Source: Schizochytrium sp. TIO01 (taxonomy: Eukaryota; Protista; Bigyra: Labyrinthulomycetes). From it: a stretch of 64,000 nucleotides of DNA. The notes under the pieces are model-generated. The model was given only the letters and a program-made list of their open reading frames with translations. It was not told the origin of the DNA and did no database searches. The position numbers and the translations under genes were made by a program. The DNA lies in the NCBI GenBank assembly GCA_004764695.1, contig SMSO01000032.1, positions 1,550,001 through 1,614,000 of the forward strand, read 5' to 3'. Shown here one piece after another: positions 22,641 to 32,744 of the stretch; the first letter of the stretch is position 1; the number at the start of each line of letters is the position of its first letter.

Positions 22641-23406
22641 CATATTGCTTACTTTCAAGAGGCCGTAGCCTAACTAGCGTTGCAAAAAGGCCTCTCGCAA
22701 AGGCTACAAGAAGAAGCTTTGAGCTTAGTGTCCACGGATTTCCTGGTTATGGGCTGCTCTTTGGATTCGCAGAACCAAGGTATGCTGCTGCCACTTGCGG
22801 GGTGGTCTGATGAGACCGTTAATGTCATATGTCCGTTGAACCTTTTGGTAAAGAAGCTTCGACTTTTTTTGCTGTTTCAGACTTGCATGATACAAAACTT
22901 TAAAGTCTAATCATGATACAGAGAGAATTCAACTAATTCACAATTGCAGGTATTCAGCCCGACCTTGGTTTTCAAACACCTGCGCGCTTGTACCTGTATT
23001 ATTCATCACTGGCATCGAGAAAAGAACTTTCAAGTGCAACGTTCTCGTCAGAGATTTTTCTCTTCAAGAGAGGTGTGTGCTGCATTAGTGAAAACATATT
23101 ACCTTGTCTTGTACTGTTAATAGAGGGAAACGCTCGCAACTAAGAATAGTTGAACAAACAAGCACCACTTGCGTACCTGAATCGAGGAGACCGGTAGACT
23201 CAAATTGAATACGTTCATTCTAGCGTCGACTATAATTTTAAATAGAGAAGGGCATCAACAGACGTGGACTGAATTTGGCATTCGGACGACATCAAACAAG
23301 TAATCGTAGTTGCCTCTTCTAAGGTTTCTTTGCTCCACACCGACAGCACCTTGCCAACTTTTGTTTAGAGGGAGTTCGAATTGTTCTGTGCTTGAAGGAC
23401 AAGAAG

Positions 23407-24537
23407 ATGGGGGGGGGGCACGAAGTTGATTTACTGGAGGAAGCCATTCGCGACCATATTGAGACCAAGAGTGGTTTTGGCAACCAAGCTGCCAAGGTGC
23501 GAGCTGTAGAACGAGCTTTTCGTGAGTTTGATTTGGATAATACTGGCAATATCGATGAAGAGGAGTTTCTTGCTGCTCTTGTTCGAATGAATTTTGTTGG
23601 ATGCACGGAGACAGCACTTGAACTTTTTGATCGGTTTGATGAGGACATGTCTGGCACTATTTCCTACCGTGAATTTGCCCGAACGTTGTTTCCATCTGAC
23701 GACTTTTATGAGTCCAAAGAGGCATCAATTGGTAACTCTCGCTCGCGGGGCGTACAAATCGCCGACGATGTGGTAACTCGTGTTCGTCAGCGTGTTCTAG
23801 ACCTCGCGGGACGTAACGTTGGAGTACGCGGTGTCACACGCATTCTCCGTAACATGGACGAAGACGGAAGTAATACTCTCAATGCGCAAGAGCTTAAGGA
23901 GGGCCTTCTTTCTTATGGCGTTCGCGTGACACCAGATGAAATCCGAACGCTCATGAGGCACTTTGATCGTGATGGAAGCGGTCGCATAACGATCGAAGAG
24001 TTCCTTCGCGGCATCCGTGGAAATATGTCACGCTTGCGTCGACAACTCGTACGCAAGGCATGGGACCAGCTTGTTCTTCATCTTAAACTTGATGGACCTG
24101 GCGACTCAGTCACATTGAGCGAGCTTGCTAGCTTTTACGATGTAAGCAAGCATCCTGATGTTATTGCAGGCCAAATGTCTCCGGAACAGGCTGTACGCAA
24201 CTTTATGTCACATTGGGACAAGAATGGTGATGATCTGGTAGAGTGGAAGGAGTTCCTTGACTATTACAAGGATTTGAGCTCCGGTATTGACCGTGACGAC
24301 TACTTTGAGCTTGTTATTCGAAACGCATGGCATCTTAGTGGAGGCTCGGGTTGGAGTGAAAATACCTCAAACATGCGCGTGCTAGTCACCTTCATCACAG
24401 GCGAGCAAAGCGTGGAGGAGATTACTAACGATTTTGGAATCTCTCGCTCCTCTGTTACCAAGCCAGAGCTGATTCGGCTTTTGACAAAGCAAGGCCTTCG
24501 GTTATCTGATATCAGCGATGTTGCACTGAGCTCCTAA
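23407..24537 (+). CDS. Calcyphosin-like multi-EF-hand calcium-binding protein
   Basis: EF loops DLDNTGNIDEEE, DEDMSGTISYRE, DEDGSNTLNAQE, DRDGSGRITIEE, DKNGDDLVEWKE; CAPS-type YDVSKHPDV and EFLDYY..S..ID.DDYFELVIRNAW. Confidence 0.88.
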   Translation: MGGGHEVDLLEEAIRDHIETKSGFGNQAAKVRAVERAFREFDLDNTGNIDEEEFLAALVRMNFVGCTETALELFDRFDEDMSGTISYREFARTLFPSDDFYESKEASIGNSRSRGVQIADDVVTRVRQRVLDLAGRNVGVRGVTRILRNMDEDGSNTLNAQELKEGLLSYGVRVTPDEIRTLMRHFDRDGSGRITIEEFLRGIRGNMSRLRRQLVRKAWDQLVLHLKLDGPGDSVTLSELASFYDVSKHPDVIAGQMSPEQAVRNFMSHWDKNGDDLVEWKEFLDYYKDLSSGIDRDDYFELVIRNAWHLSGGSGWSENTSNMRVLVTFITGEQSVEEITNDFGISRSSVTKPELIRLLTKQGLRLSDISDVALSS

Positions 24538-25084
24538 GACATTAACGTGCACAGTTTGATTTCGCAAGCATAGATAGAGACCCTAAACACATGTTTTTCT
24601 TGATTCATACCCTTTGAATAGGTTAATTGAATAAATGATCATCATACATATCATTAAATGGCACCTGCTCACCTAACTTGGGGTACTACACAGTCTGTTC
24701 TTATGTCTCTTATTCTCTGAAATTCTAAAGATTGAGCTCTCAAAGACTCAAACCAACTTTGCATAAAGTATCAAGTAACAGCGATGTGGATGTACTTAGC
24801 ACTTAGAAACTAGCGTAATTTAGAAGTGAATGTGGGTAACTTTTTTATCCAAGGGAGATTCATAAAAACCCAAAGGTAAAGTAACAACTATGATAGCATC
24901 AATAAACATTCTGGGGTGCGCTGGTGATTATACGCCTCAACTAGTTATGTAAAAAAACTGTTAAAATTACTGATGATGTTATTTGGAACCTATTTAGTGC
25001 AAATATCTCCCCGAGACTGCAGCAAAGACAAAAGCGAGTAGAGCATCAGTGTGCACTGCCTCACCGACAAATCAGAAAAGAAAT

Positions 25085-26323
25085 TTACTCCTCTGCAGGA
25101 GCCTCAGTCTCCTCCGTGGGGGCTTCCTCGCCCTCGGCGGGAGGAGCAGCAGCATCACCGCCCTCAGCGCCAGCCTCCTTCTCCTTCTCAAGGAGAAGCT
25201 TGATACCCTCGTAGAGAGCTGCAACAATCTCAGCCTCCTTAATAAAGAGACGAGCGCGCGGGGAGATGTCGACAGTTCCATCAGCACCAATGGGGGTGTG
25301 CTCACCGCCGGTACCGCGAACACTGAGGCCAAGAGGCTTGCATACCTCCTTAGCCTTGGCATCGCTGCCATCCTTGGTAAGGTTAGGGATCTTAATGTGA
25401 ACAGAGGCGCGCATGCCAGTACCAAGATTACTCGGGCACGAGGTGACATAACCATACTCGCCCTTGGCAAACTCGATACCGTCAATGCTCTCGAGAACAT
25501 CGAGTCCCTTCTTGAGGCGGGTAAAGACCTCATCGAGACAGGTTCCAGTCTTCATGCACATGATGCGGAGTTGATCTTCCTCGCCCCACCAAATGATAAA
25601 CTGACCGTCCTCGGAGACATAGCATCCACGACCATAAGGCCAGTTAGAGCTGATACCAGCGCTCTTAAGGTAAGGATCGGCATCCATGTCCTTGAACATG
25701 ATGTGGGCATCAACGAGCTCCTTGTACTTCTCGTCACTGATCTTATTCGGGTTCTCTACACCCTCACCAAGGTCAGGGCTGAGAGAGTAGATGTTGCCAC
25801 CGTACTCTTCCATGCTCTTGAGCTTTTCAAAGGCCTCGAGCATGGTCTTCTCAAACTCAATGCGCTCAGCCTTATCCATAAGACCCGGGAGGTTAAATTT
25901 AGTAAGGTTGCGACCAACACGAACGCGCATGGAGACCTCGTCAAGACCAAGCTTGCTGATGTCAAGAACGCCATTCTCACCAACAGTGGAGATGTCCCAG
26001 TCGGTGACGTGCTCCTTAGAACCGGTTTCATCACCATGGTAAGTACGGATAACCTGGTCAAAGAAGGGTTTGAAAGTAGAGTAGTCAGCGGGCTTCATGG
26101 CATAGCAGCCAAGGTGGGAGTCCGGGTTATCAAGACCAGTGATACAGCATCTGTAGAGAACCTTCTGCTCCTCCTCACCAAGGGAGTTGAAGTACTCCTC
26201 GGTCAGGAACTTGGCGCACAAGTTATCCTTATGGCTCTCCTTGACTGCTGCAAGCTTGCCGAGGAACTCCTTCTTGGCATCCTCCAAGGACTGGCCGCCC
26301 TCAACGCTGGATCCAGCACCCAT
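25085..26323 (-). CDS. Phosphagen (ATP:guanidino) kinase, arginine/taurocyamine kinase-like, with N-myristoylation motif
   Basis: SMRVRVGRN, WPYGRG, GEEDQLRI, TSCPSNLGTGMRASVH, RGTGGEHT, DISPRARL; MGAGSS start; codon bias typical of high expression. Confidence 0.95.
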   Translation of the reverse strand: MGAGSSVEGGQSLEDAKKEFLGKLAAVKESHKDNLCAKFLTEEYFNSLGEEEQKVLYRCCITGLDNPDSHLGCYAMKPADYSTFKPFFDQVIRTYHGDETGSKEHVTDWDISTVGENGVLDISKLGLDEVSMRVRVGRNLTKFNLPGLMDKAERIEFEKTMLEAFEKLKSMEEYGGNIYSLSPDLGEGVENPNKISDEKYKELVDAHIMFKDMDADPYLKSAGISSNWPYGRGCYVSEDGQFIIWWGEEDQLRIMCMKTGTCLDEVFTRLKKGLDVLESIDGIEFAKGEYGYVTSCPSNLGTGMRASVHIKIPNLTKDGSDAKAKEVCKPLGLSVRGTGGEHTPIGADGTVDISPRARLFIKEAEIVAALYEGIKLLLEKEKEAGAEGGDAAAPPAEGEEAPTEETEAPAEE

Positions 26324-26361
26324 CTTGACGAAGTAGTTTCGCTTGAAGACGCGTAGTCAAA

Positions 26362-27254
26362 CTGTTGCTTATTTAGTTGTATGTCTACAGCACCCTCAAC
26401 CCAATATTTAAAAAGAGTTTCATAAACGCTCAGCAATCAACTTGTTAGTTTGCCAATTCTCAAATATTCATCCATTCTCTCCGGTACTCGCTTGTCTTGT
26501 CGCTTTGGGCCCCCAACTCAATCCGCCCAATCTAAGTTCACTCCGCTCAGTGACCATGTGTCATGTACACATGTACCAAGTCACACTACATGTGACCGTT
26601 TAGACTTAGTGCGCATATATATTAAAAAAAGTTTTTTTTTTTCCTCCTTATTCTCTCCTATTTCCTTACAACGGCACAATGGTCGATGTGAGCTTCCACG
26701 GGCAAAGAATTCACCGCCTCGAGGAGCAGCGATCGAAGCTGCTGTCAACGACATCGACATGGCCTTCTACGTTTCCTTTGCCACGGTTTCAAGAGCGAGC
26801 GAGCGAGCGAGCGGCAAGGAGCAACGGAAGCAGTCGAAGAAAGAAGGCGTGGAAGACGGCAAAGAGAAAGAAAGAAGAATAAGAGAAAGAGAGAGAGAGA
26901 AAAAAAGGAAACACGATAGATTGGACAAAAGAAAGGAATTCAACTCGCCACGCACGCTGTGAAGACAGCAACAGGAGGTGGAAAGTTGAGTTTCTTCGAC
27001 CTAAAGACCTCACGTCTCTCAAAGCGCTGTGCAGCTAACTCTGGCAGAAGCACAAGTAAAAGGCGCTGCGCTTGTTGTTGCTGTTTCCTCTGGCTTTGAC
27101 TCACTCAAAACGATAGATCGATTGATTGTTGAGTTTCGTCAAAGCCGGAAAACACAGCCCTCTCGAGCCCAAGCTGAAGACGAGACTAATGCTGCATAGG
27201 TAGTCCAGACGCTCCACCAGCGAGAAGAACTTGATTGTCCAGCGAGCGACGTAC
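26362..27254 (-). other. Candidate 5'-UTR intron of the phosphagen kinase gene
   Basis: Minus-strand CAG|GTACGT donor at 27254 (same donor hexamer as RPS28) and CTAAATAAGCAACAG| acceptor at 26362, 38 nt before the ATG; donor choice is uncertain. Confidence 0.5.
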
Positions 27255-29380
27255 CTGTCTGAGGTGCACGAGGCGACCAAATGCTTTTGCTCCTATAAAA
27301 GCGTTTCTGGGTTGTGGATCTGCTGCTTCTGTCTCATCCTCTTTCATTCGCTCTAAGCCTTTGCTAGGATTTATTCTAAATTCATTCGTTTAACTTTTCT
27401 CGCTCCCTTCTCTATATACCTAACAGGTACCTACACGCAAATAGACACAATCGAGTCCTAGATGCGCCTTCACGGCTATTAGACCCTAGGTACTTACGAC
27501 TTCTCCCTGGTTCGCTACGCAAGGTCGTTTTCGTTATCAATCAGTATTTCTTGTCTTGGAAAGAATATGGATGCGAATGGATTAGGGAAGAGGCATCAAC
27601 ACTGCTTCTGTCAGTTCTGCCATTTCCAGGAAAGAAAAACTTTGAAGGGAGCACCAGCGCGAAGGCCCCGCGGTGTTCTCCAGGCGACAACTTGAATGTT
27701 ACGTTCGATAGCGCACTTGGCTCCTAAAGACATACTACATGGTTATGAGAAATGCTGCACGCTGGTAGAGCGATTAACAACTATTTGTAGTGACATCAGA
27801 GAGGTAAAATACAGTTTTGTAGCCGAAGTGTCGAGATCGACAGCGAGATAGGAAACCATGCGTTGTGAAAGGAATATCGTCAGGCTGAGTGTAGAAACCT
27901 TATTTCTGAAATCCTGAGGTGGATAAATAGAATCGCGGAGGGCACGAGCCAAAAGAAAATTTGCTGATCTCGATAAAGTGATAAGCTTATCTGGATCGAC
28001 TCACGCAACGCAAGAAAGAGTACCCTTGCTGCTGATGTATGCTATGTATTATAAATTGGTATCGCATATTGACAAGCAATGAGATAATACACCGTCTAAG
28101 TTTGTTACATTTGGTGGAGCCTGTATAGAAGCAAAGATGCCGTGTGTTCCTCTTGGCTCAAGACTTATACTTTCACACACCCTCCTTTAAAGGTCGAACG
28201 TAGGTGCAGTGTGTCTGGCGCAAGAACGGTCTCCATCTCTCTTAATCTATTTCATGTGTACGCCTTCAACTGGTTCTTTGTCACATTTATTATTAAACCT
28301 GCACTTGTAGGTTGGAAAAAGCCAGGAGCAGGCCCCAGCTAATGCCGTGCGATATCATCGCAATTTATAATAAAAATACGCTAAGGAAAACAGGTTAGTG
28401 TAACTCCAAATACGCGAGCAAAATAATACGCGTGCTCTCCAGAATAGTTCCCTTCGAGTGGCAAAAATACTGCAATTTCACACACTAAGTTCTGCCTTCA
28501 CCTTCCTCTATTCATGCGTTTCGTCTAACTTTTGTTATATCCAGCAATTGTCGTTGAGGAAACCAGTAGTAGAGCACAACGTTTCCTCAAGACTTAATGT
28601 TTAATATTCGACCATCTCCGTAGTCCCTCCTCCTTCCTCCAAGAGATTTCCCTCTGCAACATGGCTGCTCAAGTCTGTCTATGTCAAGCGGCATCAACTT
28701 TGTATGATGTCCTGCTAAGCTATCTTAGCCGTCAGGAATGAACCGTTCAACGGGTCTCCTTTAAAAACTGAAAGAGAACAACGCTCATTAATACAGATGC
28801 AATGTGTCCAGTGTGAATACTTCTGGTTCCTCTGTCAGCTGCCATTGACCAATGTTACTGATCTGCGTCACAGGGGAAAGAATCGTCCGACTAGTCAAGC
28901 CAGTCGATGGTTGCTCTTCTAAACACCCGTTGAGAAGCCGTACTCGTCGTGCAAAAAGTACAAGCTAGTTCCATGGAAATAAAGCCCAAACCTCGCAGAC
29001 AAATGAGCCAAAAGGCACACCTTGGACCAGGTAACGCTACCAACTATTTGTATACAACAACATGTTTCTTATCATAACTAACGTACTCTGATACAGCGAG
29101 AGATAAGACCTTTTACTACTTGTTACCTACCTACTCTAAACCTATAACCTGCAAGTCGTAGCAGTCGAGCAAGCCTTATTCGCGCACTGAATATCCACAC
29201 ATAATATCGTGCACGGTAATATAATTCAATACCGTGCACGAAATGTACAGTATCGTGCACTTGGAGAGATCCTGCGAAGGGGAATAACAACATTGACGAA
29301 GTAGATGAGATTGAGGAGCAGAATCGCTTTCGGAGTTGCATCCTGTGTTGCTCAGGGGCTTTGAGCAGCTGTAGACTAAG

Positions 29381-32254
29381 ATGACACTCTCCAGCGCGCT
29401 AGAGTCTTGCGTGTTGGACGTCGAGGAGGCTTTGGCCTCTGGCCAGCAGCAGCAGCCTTCTGCTCAATCGTTGGGCCAGCTCACGCCCACGTCACCTGCT
29501 GGTAACAACAACAGCAATTCTACGAGTAATAATTCTGCCAACCTGAGGAGACATCGGGATACTAGCGATACTCTTGATGGAATTGTTTCGCTTAATGGCG
29601 AAGAGCAAGCATCTACAATTTCAGAAAATCATGGAGTAGACCCCATGAGGGTGCGACAGGTCTCAGCAGCATCCACAGTGCTCTCAGGATACGAGTCTCG
29701 TCAGGGTGACCTTGAAGACGATTACGGAAACCCTGCAGAGCCAAAGGTTCTACGAGGACCTTCGGAGTTTTGGGCGTATGAAAGAGCGCGAAAATTGACA
29801 CATGACAGCGTTCCAACTGGGGCGCAGACAATCTACGATGAACTTCCACAGAATCAGGAGCAAGGTCAGCAACAACAGCTAGCAAAGCACAAACAACAAT
29901 CGTTGTCAATCGAGGATCTCCGAACAAGTGTGCAACGTCTTTCCAGCTTTGTCAAGGTCTGTGACCAGATTGTGGGAGCGATCGACCGGGGTAAGGTTCT
30001 CCTTGGCGATTTGGAGCATAAGCACGAAACAGTTGCAGAAAAGACAAGCTCTCTACACGAAAAGTGTAAAACATTACTTGAAGAACAAACAAAGTTCGAG
30101 AAGATTGCCAACGAGATTTCTGTCCCGCTCGATTTTATGAAAGAACTCGATCGCCTTGGACCACTCTTAGGTTTACCTCTGCCAACCCGCTTGAAGCAGG
30201 CTATGCAACGTGGACGTTCCCAGCCTGAGCGCATTAGACCCCTGAACCCAGACTCTCCCCGCTTCTTTGAGGTCCTTGATCGCGTCGATGAATGTATTGC
30301 ATTCATCGAAGAACACCCTACTTATTGTGATTATGAAGAATACTCAACCAAGTTCCATCAATTGCATCTTCGCGGCCTTAGTCTTATTCGCAACCTCGTC
30401 ATGGACTCATTGGAGGCAACAGCAAACTCTGCTCGTGCAGGTGTAGAGGCGAAAATCGAGCAAGCTCTCAAGTTTCGTGATGACGAAGCTCGTCTTGCTA
30501 CTCTCGACTCTGAAATTAGTTCGCTTCTATACATCCAATACTTTCCTCCTCAGGCGAAGCAGCTGCGTGGTTACATTGAACAGCTCGAAAAACGGGTTCA
30601 TCAAAAGGATGGAGCAGATCTTTTATTGGCTTGCCAAAAAGCATATTGTGTGCAGCGTCTCAGTCTTCTTGCGATTGTCATTCCAAGAAGCCAAAAGCTC
30701 AGGCCGCACGGAAATGATCTCCTTCGAACACTGCGTGTTGCGTGCCCTTATTTGCTTAATGTATGCCGGATGGAGTACAAATTGTTTCACGAGTTTTTCT
30801 CTGCAGAGGCCACTGCTACCTTGCAACGAGAACTGGATCTTCCAGCAGTGAACAACTCAATGTATGGTGGTGCTTCAGCTAGCACATACAGCGGTCGCTT
30901 GAACCGGCAGAACTCTGCGATATCCTTTCAAACAGAGACTGCATCGAATGCTGCTTACTTGATGGGTGGACGTGATGCCTTCCTTGATATGATGTCGGAG
31001 CTTTGCGGAGTTGTCTACGATCTTGTTCGACCTCTGATTGTTAAGCTAACTCAACTCGAAACTTTGTGTGAGGCAGTACGCGTTATTGAAGGAGAGATCA
31101 TTGAGGGTCAGATCGAGGCTCTTGGTGACGCAGGAAATGCGATGCAGGGTGTCGTTATTCAAATTCTTCAGGACGTGCAGGAACGCCTCATTTATAGCAC
31201 TAGCCAGTACATTGAGACAAACATTACTGGATTTGACCCCAAGACTGAGAATTTGGACTATCCTGGCTTGCTAGAAAGGGCTGCAGCCGAATCAACTGGC
31301 TCTGGCCCGGCTCTGTATGTCGGCTGCTACAAGACCCTGGAAACTACCTTGATGTGCTTGGGATTGATTTACCGATGTGTTGAACCACGTACCTTTGAAG
31401 AATTAGCGCAGGTAGCTGTGACGTCATGCGCTCTTAGCCTTAAGAATGCCAGCGAGCGTATTGCTGCCAAGTCAACAAAAATTGATGGCGACTTGTTTTT
31501 CATTAAACATCTACTCGTACTGCGGGAACAAATCAGTCCATTCAATACGCAGCTTGCTGTAAAAGAGATCGAGCTTGACTTTTCGAGCACAACATCTGCG
31601 CTTTCTGAATTCCTGGCGCACTCCCGTCACATCTTCTCAAGACAGCACAACGCATTTGTTGAGCTTGTTTCGCATGGCGTACCACTTGTGCGCGAGCATG
31701 AGATTGACTGCAAGCGCGACTTAGAAACTCAACTCAAGCAAGCTTGCGAGAACTTTATTAAGAAGACCTACTCACAAGCACTTGCGCAAATCATCGCATT
31801 CTTGCATCGTGCTAGCAAACCTTTGGGCGAGAACGAATCCTTTCAGGATCAGGATTTTGCGAAGCCTACGCGAGTGATGCAACTATTGCAGCAAGTTCTG
31901 GAGTCAGTACCTGAGTTTTTGGGCATGGTTCGCTCCAAAATGACGCTGTACCTTGCTAATGCCCAAACAGAGTCGATTTTATACAAGCCAATTCAGGCGA
32001 ATGTATTGGCAGCTTTGACACAAATGACTAACTGTATTGAAGCCAACTATTCTACAGAGCACGCCACGCTCATGCTCCGAGTACTTGCTAGCCTTCGCAC
32101 GCAAGTAAACATGAGCGGCGGTGGACCACGTAATGCTAGGCTCCCTTCAGATTCAGGTGAAACTGCCACTGTCTCGAATCCTGCGACCATGGCTACTCCT
32201 CAGGAGGAGAGGCCTATAGTAGAAGACAATGCAACAGCTGATGCAGCCGTCTAG
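29381..32254 (+). CDS. COG3: Conserved oligomeric Golgi complex subunit 3 (Sec34)
   Basis: VAEKTSSLHEKCKTLLEEQ, LDRVDECIAFI..HP.Y, LQDVQERLIY, TLETTLMCL..IYRCV, DGDLFFIKHLLVLREQISPF. Confidence 0.95.
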   Translation: MTLSSALESCVLDVEEALASGQQQQPSAQSLGQLTPTSPAGNNNSNSTSNNSANLRRHRDTSDTLDGIVSLNGEEQASTISENHGVDPMRVRQVSAASTVLSGYESRQGDLEDDYGNPAEPKVLRGPSEFWAYERARKLTHDSVPTGAQTIYDELPQNQEQGQQQQLAKHKQQSLSIEDLRTSVQRLSSFVKVCDQIVGAIDRGKVLLGDLEHKHETVAEKTSSLHEKCKTLLEEQTKFEKIANEISVPLDFMKELDRLGPLLGLPLPTRLKQAMQRGRSQPERIRPLNPDSPRFFEVLDRVDECIAFIEEHPTYCDYEEYSTKFHQLHLRGLSLIRNLVMDSLEATANSARAGVEAKIEQALKFRDDEARLATLDSEISSLLYIQYFPPQAKQLRGYIEQLEKRVHQKDGADLLLACQKAYCVQRLSLLAIVIPRSQKLRPHGNDLLRTLRVACPYLLNVCRMEYKLFHEFFSAEATATLQRELDLPAVNNSMYGGASASTYSGRLNRQNSAISFQTETASNAAYLMGGRDAFLDMMSELCGVVYDLVRPLIVKLTQLETLCEAVRVIEGEIIEGQIEALGDAGNAMQGVVIQILQDVQERLIYSTSQYIETNITGFDPKTENLDYPGLLERAAAESTGSGPALYVGCYKTLETTLMCLGLIYRCVEPRTFEELAQVAVTSCALSLKNASERIAAKSTKIDGDLFFIKHLLVLREQISPFNTQLAVKEIELDFSSTTSALSEFLAHSRHIFSRQHNAFVELVSHGVPLVREHEIDCKRDLETQLKQACENFIKKTYSQALAQIIAFLHRASKPLGENESFQDQDFAKPTRVMQLLQQVLESVPEFLGMVRSKMTLYLANAQTESILYKPIQANVLAALTQMTNCIEANYSTEHATLMLRVLASLRTQVNMSGGGPRNARLPSDSGETATVSNPATMATPQEERPIVEDNATADAAV

Positions 32255-32744
32255 TTAGACTTAAAATCGGTTCATCAATGCAGTCGTCACTTCATATAAG
32301 TTTTCAACTATGTTCTCCTAATTTAGACCTACACAAACAAATTAATAAATGCGAAACTCATTTCTACAACAACGTTTGCGATATCTACTTAAAAAGATGG
32401 TGCACAGTCTTCACCTCTTGATTCGCCTAATATGCATGCTCGTAAAGGAGTTTGCTTACAAATTCTTTAATCACATACGAAACTGTACCCTTGATGCTTT
32501 CCAAAGCATTCTCTAAATTGAATATTTAGGCCTATACTTAACCTACATATATATATGGTTTAACTTTTAAAAATTATTTCAATTAAAATTAATCTTTTAA
32601 GGTTCGACCGATTCTGCTCATCTTGTCTTCGTTTGCATCATTCAGAGAGAAAGAGATACTCGACTTCGTGAGATTTGCTGACTTGCAAATTCACAACGAG
32701 GCATCAAATCAACTCCGTGACAGCCAGTTCTGGCTGCAGCTGCT

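Noticed and set aside
22670-22830. Short upstream ORF (MTLTVSSDHP...CNAS*) as a fourth +1 frameshift into the ankyrin gene
   Set aside because: The ankyrin frame is -1 relative to it and is closed by an adjacent TAG; the ankyrin gene has its own ATG
23407-23420. G10 run at the start of the EF-hand gene as a phase-variation switch
   Set aside because: In frame as given, with no evidence of variation; only an error-prone site
25049-26356. 435-aa ORF antisense to the phosphagen kinase
   Set aside because: Same codon-bias shadow; GTG start; no protein motifs
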